Shown here one piece after another: positions 10,912-20,144 of a stretch of DNA of 64,000 nucleotides. The translations under genes and the position numbers were made by a program. Source of the stretch: Spirochaetota bacterium (lineage in GTDB: Bacteria; Spirochaetota; UBA4802; UBA5550). The notes under the pieces were generated by a model that saw only the letters and a program-made list of their open reading frames with translations, ran no database searches and was not told the origin of the DNA. The DNA lies in contig OY760686.1 in assembly GCA_963663865.1 (NCBI GenBank), positions 160,001 to 224,000 on the forward strand. The letters are read 5' to 3'. Each line of letters starts with the position of its first letter. Position 1 is the first letter of the stretch.

Positions 10912-11349
10912 TCAAACGTTCTTTTCTTCAGGCTTCTGAGCGGCGTGCGGATGCTCAGTGCCGGCATATATCTTCAGGTTCCCCAGCTGCTTTCTTCCAA
11001 GCCTTGTTTTGGGAAGCATTCCCTTAACGGCATGCTGTATTACAAACTCGGGTTTTTCAGCCATAATCTTGCGGATATTGGTAAATCTGATACCGCCGGG
11101 GTAATTGGTATAGCTGAAGTAGTCTTTATCGAGCGGCTTTTTGCCTGTAAGAACAACCTTTTCAGCGTTTATTACTATAACATTGTCTCCCATGTCCATT
11201 GAGGGAGTGAATTGAGGCTTGTTTTTGCCGCGCAGAATTGTCGCAATCTCGGTAGCAAGACGACCCAGGATTTTTCCTTCAGCGTCTACGACTACCCATT
11301 TTTTATCTACTTCGGCTTTCTTTATAGAAAAGCTCTTCTGGACAATCAT
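10912..11349 (-). CDS. rplM: 50S ribosomal protein L13
   Basis: [32 protein letters not shown]. Confidence 0.99.
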   Translation of the reverse strand: MIVQKSFSIKKAEVDKKWVVVDAEGKILGRLATEIATILRGKNKPQFTPSMDMGDNVIVINAEKVVLTGKKPLDKDYFSYTNYPGGIRFTNIRKIMAEKPEFVIQHAVKGMLPKTRLGRKQLGNLKIYAGTEHPHAAQKPEEKNV

Positions 11350-11681
11350 GTAAGATCCTCACTTGTAACTTGTTTGATTTATACGAAAATGATTGGGTCA
11401 TCGAAGTATAATTCAGAGCTGACTATCCCATTTTGGCCCCAAAATTGTCAATAAATTAATTCCTGAAGAGCCCGGTTTTTGCAGCCACCTGATCATTGAA
11501 CCCTGCTCATACCTGGCTTTTCCTGATGATGTCCGTAAAGAAGGTCACAACACCTAATATTATTATATGTGAAAATCAAAAATTATATGATTTTTCATGG
11601 TAAATTACAAGCATAATTATTTGACTTTTCCTAACTCTTATATATTGTTATTCTATGCTAATCAATATCCTGGAGGTGATT

Positions 11682-12257
11682 ATGTGGTTATCAAAAGTCT
11701 TTGCGATATTTGTTTTATGTATTTCTATATTCTTTATTGCATGTAATTCCTCTGATGATTCAGCAACAGCTTCAACACGTTCTACTTTGAATGATACTAT
11801 CCAATTAGCGAATGATTATTATTATACCGATGTTGTTTTCCCAGGTGAATTAATGGGAGTTTATGGGGATTGGATCCCCCTTAATGCTTGCGGAGGCGAT
11901 TTGGTTGCAAATTGCGAAGATATCAACGATGATTATGATTATTTGAGAATTGAGGAAAATGGAATTTTCAAGTTATTTAAAAATAACCAAATAGTAATGT
12001 ATGGGAAAATAATATTTTTCTATAAGGAAACAGGTGATGAAAACACTGGATCACTGCCCTATGTAATATTTTCACCGGATTCAAGCTTAGGTTGTGATGA
12101 TTTAGAAACAGTTTATGGGGAGGAAGTCTGCATGCAAATTGGCGACTTGCATACTCCTTATGTTTATACTGAAATTCGTCTATCAGAAAATGGTAGTTTT
12201 TTAGTATTTTATTATCCTGCCATATCCTGGTCAGTCGCTTATGAAAAAATTGAATAA
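11682..12257 (+). CDS. Hypothetical lipoprotein (paralog 1)
   Basis: GGAGG RBS before ATG 11682; lipobox FFIAC; shares YGDWIP, LRIExNGIFK and GxxxxPY with the next gene. Confidence 0.75.
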   Translation: MWLSKVFAIFVLCISIFFIACNSSDDSATASTRSTLNDTIQLANDYYYTDVVFPGELMGVYGDWIPLNACGGDLVANCEDINDDYDYLRIEENGIFKLFKNNQIVMYGKIIFFYKETGDENTGSLPYVIFSPDSSLGCDDLETVYGEEVCMQIGDLHTPYVYTEIRLSENGSFLVFYYPAISWSVAYEKIE

Positions 12258-12350
12258 ATAATAATTAATTATCTGAAAGAATCAGAATCCGGCCTGAGTA
12301 CGGCCGCGCTATGCCGCAAATACGGCATAAGTGTAAACACTTGTAATTGA
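12258..12350 (+). pseudogene. IS3-family OrfA HTH remnant
   Basis: Translates IIINYLKESESGLSTAALCRKYGISVNT, matching the IS3 OrfA pattern LKE.E.G..V..LCRK.GIS..T; no start codon. Confidence 0.7.
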
Positions 12351-12411
12351 CTTCTTTGTTAAAATATGATACACCCAATATAAGCTTTATGACCGTTTAA
12401 GGAGGGATTAT

Positions 12412-12972
12412 ATGGAAATAAAACGCTTTTTAATTATTTTCTTAATAGCTTTGACAATGTCGGCTTGCGATTTCTCCAACAGTTCCAGCACAAAAGAATT
12501 TAATGATTCAAAACTATTATCTCAAGATTTCTACTACGACGAGGACAATATCCCGGAAGAATTTCAAGGCATCTATGGCGACTGGATCCCAAGTAGTTAT
12601 TCATTTGGCGACTTGCCAGGTACAACTGAGTCACTTTCCCCATCCGATGGCACTCTATTAAGAATTGAGAAAAATGGCATTTTCAAATCTTTTGTTGATT
12701 ATGAGATAATTATGTATGGTCCATTTAATATTATCCTTAAGGATAGCGGTATTGAGAGTTATCCTTACATCCCGCTGTCACTTTTTTCTCTAGACGAAAG
12801 TTATCCTTGTGATGACCAGAAAACCATTGATCATATCGATGTATGTTTACAAAGCGGTGAGATATATGCTCCATATATCTTATACCGAATAAGTTTTTCA
12901 GATGACGGAAACAGTATATGCTTTATCGATGATTCATTATCAGCAACCATGTGTTACAGTAGAGCTAAGTAG
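12412..12972 (+). CDS. Hypothetical lipoprotein (paralog 2)
   Basis: GGAGG RBS; lipobox TMSAC; homologous to 11682-12257. Confidence 0.75.
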   Translation: MEIKRFLIIFLIALTMSACDFSNSSSTKEFNDSKLLSQDFYYDEDNIPEEFQGIYGDWIPSSYSFGDLPGTTESLSPSDGTLLRIEKNGIFKSFVDYEIIMYGPFNIILKDSGIESYPYIPLSLFSLDESYPCDDQKTIDHIDVCLQSGEIYAPYILYRISFSDDGNSICFIDDSLSATMCYSRAK

Positions 12973-13049
12973 AATTAATAAATCTATAGCACGATTTTTC
13001 AATCTCCTTTTATTGAAAAGTTTTGAATGAAAAATCGTGCAGGATTCAT

Positions 13050-13154
13050 GTATCTGTTAAATGCCTGAGTTTTCGCTGCATCAGTTATGTTGCGTCCTTC
13101 AGAAGTACCTTATTAAGCACTCCGTTCCTAACTAAATCCTGTACTGTATTTCAT
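13050..13154 (-). pseudogene. Degraded IS3-like OrfA start
   Basis: AGGAGGAGG RBS, then MKYSTGF, frameshift, RNGVLNKVLL; resembles IS3-family OrfA N-termini (MKYS..F...VL.KVL). Confidence 0.45.
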
Positions 13155-13196
13155 ATTTACCTCCTCCTGTTGAGTCGACAACTATGTTGACACAGA

Positions 13197-13381
13197 GGGA
13201 AACCTTTTGCTTGCAATTTCTTTGCTTCTATCATATTCCGCTCCTTTTTGTCCATAAGGGTTTCTCCTCTCCGATGAAGTCGTGGTTGTCTCCATCATGA
13301 GGTTGAAACCCTTATTGGTATACAAATTTTAGCGGCAAATTCTCATCGGTGTTTTCCGGCAATTCTATATCGGTGATGACA
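13197..13381 (-). mobile_element. Truncated IS21-family left end with istA start
   Basis: Minus strand begins TGTCATCACCGAT; tandem repeats at 13333-13351 and 13357-13375; ATAAGGGTTTC/GAAACCCTTAT inverted repeat over the RBS/start; MDKKERNMIEAKKLQAKG, then truncated. Confidence 0.55.
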
Positions 13382-13442
13382 ACTGGAACACAATGGCAGA
13401 ATAAAGATACTGCAGGCACACTACCTCAACAACGCAACCAGT

Positions 13443-13614
13443 GCGATTTTCATGGATGAAAATCGCCCGGGCGCCATTCTATCAGGATGATATTAATGGC
13501 GCTGCAATAGTTTGCCAAATGCAATAGCTAAGCCCCGACGGCGCCTAAAAGATATTGGCCGAAAAGCAGGATGCTTAAGTGTCGACAGCCGACAGGAGGT
13601 CGAAATAGCCGTCG
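13443..13614 (+). repeat. Cluster of four GGA-loop hairpins
   Basis: GCGATTTTC-ATGGAT-GAAAATCGC; TATC-AGGAT-GATA; AAGC-AGGAT-GCTT; CGAC-AGGAG-GTCG; the last two enclosed by CGACGGC/GCCGTCG. Confidence 0.8.
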
Positions 13615-13632
13615 ACCCCTTTCGCCCGGACG

Positions 13633-13820
13633 AAAGTGACGAAGAAAAGGTCTCACACTCCCAGTGTGAAAATGTACGGCAGGCTCCCTGCCTGAAGAAA
13701 AGCAAGTCGCGCAGCTGAGCGAGTTAAAGGCTGCGGCAACACACCTTTTTGGCCGCTCAAAAAGCGGCAAAAGAAGTGCCACGCTCTCAGCGTGAAAATG
13801 GATGACAGACTCCCTGCCTA
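13633..13820. repeat. Double-hairpin repeat, copies A and B
   Basis: TCAC(A/G)CT-C(C/T)C-AG(T/C)GTGA-AAATG...GGCAGG-CTC-CCTGCC, also present twice at 15481-15700. Confidence 0.85.
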
Positions 13821-13864
13821 AAATTGAGCTGAAGAATTTGATAGAGTAACTTTTAAATGAAACT

Positions 13865-14158
13865 CTATTCTGTTATTGATATAACATTTTGTGTTCCATG
13901 AATAACAGAGAGGACATCAATCCGATCTGAATTGATATAATAAATGATTCGATACGGACCCTCGATAACTTCTCTGATTTCTTCATTTTCGTATTCGGGA
14001 ACAAATCTCCCGGAATATGGGAAATTTGCGATTTGTATTGATCTTCGAGTCAGACGGTCAATCATTCGTTTAGCATAAAACTCTGAATGCTGTGAAATAA
14101 AATCATAAATTGAATCGAGATTTTTTTCAGCTGTAGAGGTCCAATAGACTTTATGCAT
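13865..14158 (-). CDS. RelE/ParE-family type II toxin
   Basis: VYWTSTAEKNLDSIYDFI...FPYSGRFVPE...IREVIEGPYRIIY...VLSVIHG. Confidence 0.9.
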   Translation of the reverse strand: MHKVYWTSTAEKNLDSIYDFISQHSEFYAKRMIDRLTRRSIQIANFPYSGRFVPEYENEEIREVIEGPYRIIYYINSDRIDVLSVIHGTQNVISITE

Positions 14159-14349
14159 TAAAGTTTAAATTTTTTTCTAATATCTTGCACATCTTTTAAA
14201 CGACCAGCTTTGTGGTCATCTAATCCCGATTCAATGGCCTGTCTGACATAAATCTCATACATAATGTCATCCCAGGTGGCATCATTAGGCATTTTTTCAA
14301 TCATTGTTTTTGCTTCATCTTTAATCACTGATCTTTCTGAATTCTCCAT
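14158..14349 (-). CDS. Cognate antitoxin
   Basis: KDEAKTMIEKMPNDATWDDIMYEIYVRQAIESGL pattern; stop overlaps the toxin start (TAATG). Confidence 0.8.
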   Translation of the reverse strand: MENSERSVIKDEAKTMIEKMPNDATWDDIMYEIYVRQAIESGLDDHKAGRLKDVQDIRKKFKL

Positions 14350-14500
14350 AAACGGACTCTCCGATAAAGTAATATATATCGAAATGAATATCAATTGATA
14401 AATTATGTCCACAAATAATTCATTATATAATTGTCATTTTACAGGGCATTCTAACTTTTCACGAGCGAGTTGCGTAGACCAGATGGATAATTTGAATATT

Positions 14501-14583
14501 ATGGAACGGGCTCGACCGCTCCCTGCGTAAAGATGTTTATTATCCCCAGTGAGGTAGAGCCGCCCAATTTGAGCGGCTCTACC
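14501..14583. repeat. GTAG-type REP-like palindromes
   Basis: GGTAGAGCCGC-N9-GCGGCTCTACC (14553-14583) and a degenerate GGAACGGGCTCGACCGCTCCC. Confidence 0.55.
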
Positions 14584-14740
14584 GGGGGCCTGAGCCTAAT
14601 ACCTGTTAAATCAATATGATTACGTAATATGACCAAAATGTATAATCACTCGAGCGCAGCAGGGCCCTGCACTCTCCGGCTCCGAAGGCACGGCTTTTTA
14701 CCGCCGCTTTTTGGATTAAAAAAAGAAAGGAACAGGCCTT

Positions 14741-15118
14741 TCAAAACCCGCAGCGGGAGCATCTCCTTGCCAGGCTGATAGACGAATACACGGCTTTGGA
14801 AAGGGCTTTTCCAGCTCCGGATTTCACCATCCATTGAAAAGGCCTCATCTGAGGCAGCAAGAGCAGAATCTGTTGAATAACCTCACCTCCGAAGAGACAT
14901 TCACCTTCCTTTCCAAGCATGTGGACCTCTTTCTTCAAATCTTCGTATGAAATTGATTCACCCGCTGAAAATTCATAATCCTGAAAAGAGACAGCTTCAA
15001 TTTCCCGATATTTGTCAAACCTCCTCAAATGAGCAGCAAACCTGGAACACAGCGCACATTCAGCATCGTAAAGAAGTATCCAGTATCCTTCCGCTTCTGT
15101 GTCATATCTGTTATTCAA
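14741..15118 (-). CDS. DCC1-like (DUF393) thiol-disulfide oxidoreductase
   Basis: ILLYDAECALC (DxxCxxC) N-terminal motif. Confidence 0.8.
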   Translation of the reverse strand: MNNRYDTEAEGYWILLYDAECALCSRFAAHLRRFDKYREIEAVSFQDYEFSAGESISYEDLKKEVHMLGKEGECLFGGEVIQQILLLLPQMRPFQWMVKSGAGKALSKAVYSSISLARRCSRCGF

Positions 15119-15313
15119 ATAAATCCTTCCGGCAGAAAATGTATCAGTTCATTGTTCATCTGAAATATTTTTTTAATCATTTTCCGTAGCATAAAAATAT
15201 CAACTGTCAATAGAATTATTCACCGTAAATTGCCGGCGAAAATGCCATCGGCTGGTACATCATGGTAGAGTTAAAGAATCAATTTCTTTGGGCAATCAGA
15301 GAATTACTTTCTC

Positions 15314-15700
15314 AAGCGCAGCAGGACGCTGCGCTTTCCGGCTCCGAAGGAGCCTGACATAATAAAGCTGTCACTCCTTGGAATATTTCACAGTGACTAA
15401 TTCTTTGGACATGGATGTCCCATCGCCCCCCGCGCAGGGGAGCCCTTTTTCTTTGGTTACTTTCTTTTTTGGCTTTAAAAAAGAAAGTAACGAAAAAAGG
15501 TCTCACGCTCTCAGCGTGAAAATGTACAGCAGGCTCCCTGCCAGAATAATTGCGCCTCGCGAAGCAAGGCAGAATAAAACCCCGCGACAGCACACCTTTT
15601 TGGCTCAAAAAAAGAAAGTAACGAAAAAGGTCTCACACTCCCAGTGTGAAAATGCATGGCAGGCTCCCTGCCAGAAGAAAAAACAAGTCGCGCAGCTCAG
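15314..15700. repeat. Palindromic repeat cluster with copies C and D of the double-hairpin repeat
   Basis: AAGCGCAGC-AGGAC-GCTGCGCTT; GGAC-ATGGAT-GTCC; GTTACTTTCTTTTTT...AAAAAAGAAAGTAAC; two TCACRCT/AGYGTGA units; 15316-15350 resembles 14654-14688. Confidence 0.85.
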
Positions 15701-15774
15701 TAGCGAAAGAAATGCCCGTGCGCTCCGCTCAATAAACTATAGAGAATGCTCGATATCGTAACCGACAAAGTGCC

Positions 15775-16202
15775 CATGTTTTTACTCCGTCATCGGCCTA
15801 TCCGGTAAACTTCTGACTGAAGATGTTCTTGGATGCTTCAACAGTCCCTGCTGTTTCTCCGTATGGAGTGTAGTTCATTCGGGTGACGATTTCACCCTCG
15901 GAATCTGTAAGATAGGCTACACTTCCCAGGTGGTCCGGGTGAAAGTAGTATGTGCCTGTTGTCGGAAGGCCTGACTCATCGTAGTTGGGAAGAGGTGTCT
16001 GGCCTGTTGCGGGACTGCCTCCACCTGTTGTATCATCACTACCACCGGCACCTGGTCCCGTTGTGCTGTCTGCATTATCCTCTGCAACTGGTTGATCGTT
16101 CCTGGCTTCAACCTTATCGTCGCAAGCTGTCAGAAACAGCATTGAAAATAAGGCTGTGACCAGGACAGATGACAGCGCTTTTTTTAAAGCAGGAGTACCC
16201 AA
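15775..16202 (-). pseudogene. Orphan Rhs core fragment (lipobox to ADDGVKT)
   Basis: Near-identical to ~21850-22253; CAG>TAG nonsense after KFTG, then ADDGVKT and loss of homology. Confidence 0.88.
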
Positions 16203-16217
16203 CCGAAAACAACGAGT

Positions 16218-16625
16218 TTAATAAGACCAGACCTCAGCTTCAACACATACAATCCCGTTTGGCTCATTTGTTGTTGATTCAGATTTTAAAACATCATCAG
16301 CATATATTCGAGCAGTGATAGATGAAGAATCAGACAAGAGTTTTGTCACACAAAAACTTACAGAAGTCTTAGCTTTATCATCTGTCCAGATATCACCATT
16401 TATTGTATACTCATAGATCCATGGAAGCTCTGAATAATTTCTGCTAATTTCTTCATTTTCTGTTTTATTATTACCTCCCAAATCAGAACAATCCACATAA
16501 AATGACGTTGCATCTCCAATTATTTCTAATTTGATCTTTACATGATGACCATCAGCACAACTGAAGAAATTGCTAAAAACAAATGCCACCAGTATAGCGT
16601 TTAATGTTTTTTTATTGCCTACCAT
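16218..16625 (-). CDS. Lipoprotein downstream of the orphan Rhs tip (putative immunity; MmpS-like Ig pattern)
   Basis: GAGGTG RBS before ATG 16625; NFFSC lipobox; KIKLEIIG...LPW...ITARIY. Confidence 0.7.
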   Translation of the reverse strand: MVGNKKTLNAILVAFVFSNFFSCADGHHVKIKLEIIGDATSFYVDCSDLGGNNKTENEEISRNYSELPWIYEYTINGDIWTDDKAKTSVSFCVTKLLSDSSSITARIYADDVLKSESTTNEPNGIVCVEAEVWSY

Positions 16626-16963
16626 ATCAACACCTCTAAAAAAATGATTAAAAGAACGACCATGTCGAAATATCCCTAAACCTATCATACCAGGTATGTT
16701 GCCTTTTTTTCCATGGTTTTGAAGAAGATGATGAATCATCACCGCTCAAACCTTCTATTGGGGTATCAGCCAACCCCCAATATTCAAGACAATGATCATC
16801 ACCTCCCTTATCAAGTGCAATTAATAACTTATGAGAAGCCCCTGTCATTTGATCAATTTCCATAGCTACTCCAAGACTAAAGGAAACAGCTGCTGTAATA
16901 TTCTGAAACAAAAGAAGTGCTTGATAGAGGTCTCCATAATTAAGATAAGATGCTAAAGAAAAT

Positions 16964-18287
16964 GAGAGTGTAAAAAGATTTGTGTAAATAGCTATATTAT
17001 TACTCAATAGATAAGGAGAAAAAATATGGCTATGGACAAAGATGCAATAATTAATGAATTGCTGGAAGATGTGGATTTTAAAGCACTGACACCTGAACAG
17101 ATTACCGGGAAAGACGGCCTTATTCAGCAATTAACCAAGAGGATTATCGAAACAGCGATGAATGCTGAGATGACAGAACATCTTGGCTACGACAAAAATG
17201 AAAGATCAGCAGGTAAAAGCACCAACGCTCGTAATGGTCGAAGTAGCAAGAAGGTGCTAACAAACAATGGAGAAGTCCTAATTGATATTCCCCGAGATCG
17301 TAATGCTGAATTCGAACCCAGAATAGTAAAGAAGCATCAAAAACGATTTGAGCTCTTTGACGAGAAAATCATATCGATGTACGGGTTGGGGATGACAACC
17401 AGAGATATTCAGGGCCATCTTGAAGATATCTATGGAGTAGAGGTTTCGCCTGACCTGATCAGCACCGTTACCAATGAGATAATAAAAGATGTTCTGGAAT
17501 GGCAATCCCGCCCACTTGATCCTGTGTACCCTATAGTGTATTTTGACGCTATCGTGGTCAAAGGCCGAACTGACGGCAAAGTATCAAATAAATCAGTGTA
17601 TACGGCTATTGGGGTCAATATGCAGGGCAAAAAAGAAGTTCTAGGCTTATGGATTGGCGATTCAGAAGGAGCTAAATTTTGGCTTCAGGTTGTAAATGAA
17701 CTTAAAAATCGAGGAATCGAAGATGTCTTCATCGCTTGCATGGATGGACTGAAAGGGTTTCCAGATGCGGTTAATGCCGTATTCCCAGAGACCAGGATTC
17801 AGCTGTGCATAGTTCATATGATACGCAATTCAATAAAATATGTATCATGGAAAGAACGAAAGGCGATATGTACCGATCTGAAAAGCATATATTCTGCCCC
17901 TTCCGAAAAGGCTGGTTTGGCTTCGCTTGATGAATTTTCTAAAAAGTGGGATGGTAAATATCCGATGATTTCAAAGTCATGGCGAGCCAATTGGGAAAAC
18001 CTCAACGAATTTTTCGCTTATCCGGCAGATATTCGAAAAGCAATTTATACTACCAACGCAATTGAATCCTTGAATTCAAGCCTACGGAAAGTAACCCAGA
18101 AAAGAGCGGCATTTCCTACAGATGATTCAATCTTTAAGGTGCTGTATTTGGCATTGACGAAAGCCGAGAAAAAATGGACTATGCCAATCAGAGATTGGGG
18201 TGCTGCTATCAACCAGTTCGCAGTATATTTTGGAGACAGAGTACCATTATAATCAAAGGCTATTTACACAAAAGATCTGATACTCTC
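16964..18287 (+). mobile_element. Complete IS256-family element
   Basis: 29-bp imperfect IRs GAGAGTGTAAAAAGATTTGTGTAAATAGC / GCTATTTACACAAAAGATCTGATACTCTC; 8-bp TSD AAGAAAAT at 16956-16963 and 18288-18295. Confidence 0.97.
17026..18252 (+). CDS. IS256-family transposase
   Basis: RNG, PRDR, VYFDA, DGLKGF, QLCIVH and IYTTNAIES motifs. Confidence 0.97.
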   Translation: MAMDKDAIINELLEDVDFKALTPEQITGKDGLIQQLTKRIIETAMNAEMTEHLGYDKNERSAGKSTNARNGRSSKKVLTNNGEVLIDIPRDRNAEFEPRIVKKHQKRFELFDEKIISMYGLGMTTRDIQGHLEDIYGVEVSPDLISTVTNEIIKDVLEWQSRPLDPVYPIVYFDAIVVKGRTDGKVSNKSVYTAIGVNMQGKKEVLGLWIGDSEGAKFWLQVVNELKNRGIEDVFIACMDGLKGFPDAVNAVFPETRIQLCIVHMIRNSIKYVSWKERKAICTDLKSIYSAPSEKAGLASLDEFSKKWDGKYPMISKSWRANWENLNEFFAYPADIRKAIYTTNAIESLNSSLRKVTQKRAAFPTDDSIFKVLYLALTKAEKKWTMPIRDWGAAINQFAVYFGDRVPL

Positions 18288-18833
18288 AAGAAAATCCAAA
18301 GGCAGAAACAGCACCTATTCCTAATCCTACAAGGACATGGGTCCCATTATGCTTAAAAGCTTCGGAATTAAAGTCATCTGTTTCTTCATCATAACCAATA
18401 TTATAAATCGGCCCGGCAAAAAAGGATCCGAGCCCCCGTCTTGAAATCTCTGAAAAGCCAAGGGATGCTCCAATACAGGCCCCGTTTATTGCACCCGTAA
18501 CCGCTCCAACTGAATTTCCTGTTATATAACCAGTTGTGCTATATTTAACCATGTACCAGGACATTCCAAGTGCATTGTTGAATCCCATTGTAGCTCCAAC
18601 AGCCCCGCCAGCTACGCCACCAACCACTGCACCGGTAATTGCTCCGGCTACAACTCCTTCAGGCCCGTATTGGGCGCCGGCAAGAGCTCCGACATAGGCA
18701 CCTGCCGCTGCTCCAGCAATTGAACCGCCCACGGCCGAAACAATCTTTGTTGTTACTCCTTTAACCGACCAGTGCCCATTTCTGTCTATAAACATCAACG
18801 GGTTGTTATTTACGTATGAATAACGGTTAAAAG

Positions 18834-18890
18834 GCCGAAGCCTTTTCGCACTTCCTGTGCGGCTTCGGCACTAGCGCATCCTGCGCGTCG
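18834..18890 (-). mobile_element. 57-bp palindromic micro-insertion in the Rhs core
   Basis: Absent from the full-length copy; removal restores CAG GCT TTT AAC (QAFN); contains GCGC-AGGAT-GCGC and GCAC-AGGAA-GTGC. Confidence 0.85.
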
Positions 18891-19107
18891 CCTGCGAATT
18901 ATTTTCATCAGGTAGCAGCGTATCCGGTGTAAAAAACCTCCCAATAACCGGGTCATAGAACCTTGCATTGTAGTACAACAGCCCGGTTTTTACACCGTCA
19001 TCGACCTGCCCAGTAAACTTCTGACTGAAGATGTTCTTCGACGGTTTTACTGTACCTGCTGTTTCTCCGTATGGGGTGTAGGAATTTACACTTATTCCTA
19101 TTACCCA

Positions 19108-19893
19108 TCAGAACAGTGAAAGCTGATAAGCAATATAAAAACTAACTCCGAAGGAATGAAAAGATGTATTATCTGAATTATAAATTAAAAGATAGTTTTC
19201 AAAATCTAATTTAGTATATAAATAATTAAAATCTATACCCCAATACAGATTATTGATTTTCTCAGGCAACATTATCGAGATTCCTGCTGAGAACCCAAGG
19301 CAATGACCATTAACTCCAGAAGAATAGTCCTCTTCATCAAATTCAAAACCAGCATCGCGAAGTGCCGGAACACCGCTAATACTGCCATTAAAAACTTTCC
19401 CTCCCATTAAGGAGAAGTTGAGTCTCATTTCATTAATTCCGCCATAACCAAAATTATATAGTAGTATACTGGCGGTGGGCCCAAAGGTCATTGTCCTGAA
19501 TGATAGAATATCACCAGAATAAATATTATCATAACTTGTATCTCCTAAAAAATTTGCTCCTTCATAATCAGTTCGCACATCGTGTTCAAAAGAAAATGAT
19601 AAATATGAAATTCTTAATCCAAACTGTATTGTTGAATAGTTATACAAAAGGGAAAGACTCAAATTCAGACTATAGCCAGACAAACCGGTCTCGTAATCTC
19701 CACCATCTTCTTTCATGAAACTGTAATATTCATTATTATTCTTTATTATTGAACTCTCTTTATCAACCAAATCTCCCATAGCATCTACATATCCTGAGAT
19801 AGAAGGTTCAAGTCTGACAACAAGTCCATTCTCTGCCATTGCAATATTGACGCAGCATATGATTATAGCAATGATTATTGTCTTGATTTTCAT
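19108..19893 (-). CDS. Exported protein, outer-membrane beta-barrel-like (Rhs-tip partner)
   Basis: Signal peptide ending AMA; alternating hydrophobic strands; C-terminus FYIAYQLSLF. Confidence 0.7.
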   Translation of the reverse strand: MKIKTIIIAIIICCVNIAMAENGLVVRLEPSISGYVDAMGDLVDKESSIIKNNNEYYSFMKEDGGDYETGLSGYSLNLSLSLLYNYSTIQFGLRISYLSFSFEHDVRTDYEGANFLGDTSYDNIYSGDILSFRTMTFGPTASILLYNFGYGGINEMRLNFSLMGGKVFNGSISGVPALRDAGFEFDEEDYSSGVNGHCLGFSAGISIMLPEKINNLYWGIDFNYLYTKLDFENYLLIYNSDNTSFHSFGVSFYIAYQLSLF

Positions 19894-19962
19894 TATTCCG
19901 TCCGGTAATTATTATTAAATATTCATTTATAAATCCGATACTATTTTTTTTAATAATTTTCA

Positions 19963-20127
19963 CTATATTAAACATAGGGCAGCTGCAAGCGTACTCCAGG
20001 TCATCATATCCCTTCCTCTGTCATATGCATGTGAATCAAACTGATCTCTTCCAAAAAAACGATCCTTCGAAAATGCTTTCGAGAGAAATATATCTCTACT
20101 TATTCCTTGATTGAAAAATGGGGGGGA
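19963..20127 (-). pseudogene. Headless third Rhs-tip remnant
   Basis: Manual translation SPPFFNQ...FDSHAYDRGRDMMTWSTLAAALCLI*; shares H..(.)DR.RD..TWS with the other two tips; no start codon. Confidence 0.6.
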
Positions 20128-20144
20128 TTACAAGAATCAACTCA

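Larger units (their letters stand above)
16648..19081 (-). pseudogene. Orphan Rhs core plus C-terminal tip, split by IS256 and a 57-bp palindrome
   Basis: 18400-19081 matches 21325-21948; removing the IS and one TSD joins ...AFGFS to LASYLN...DRFRDISTWSFF in frame. Confidence 0.9.

Noticed and set aside
13440-15760. CRISPR array or integron attC array
   Set aside because: Repeats are irregularly spaced, with no constant spacer length, no clear RYYYAAC/GTTRRRY boxes, and no cas or intI gene in the window.
13493-15761. Short ORFs 13493-13782, 15312-15608 and 15378-15761
   Set aside because: They are translations of the palindromic repeats (same REPAVHFH / KVSHSQCEN peptides), not plausible genes.
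16648-17130. 160-aa ORF as a real gene
   Set aside because: Chimera of IS256 antisense sequence and the severed Rhs tip.
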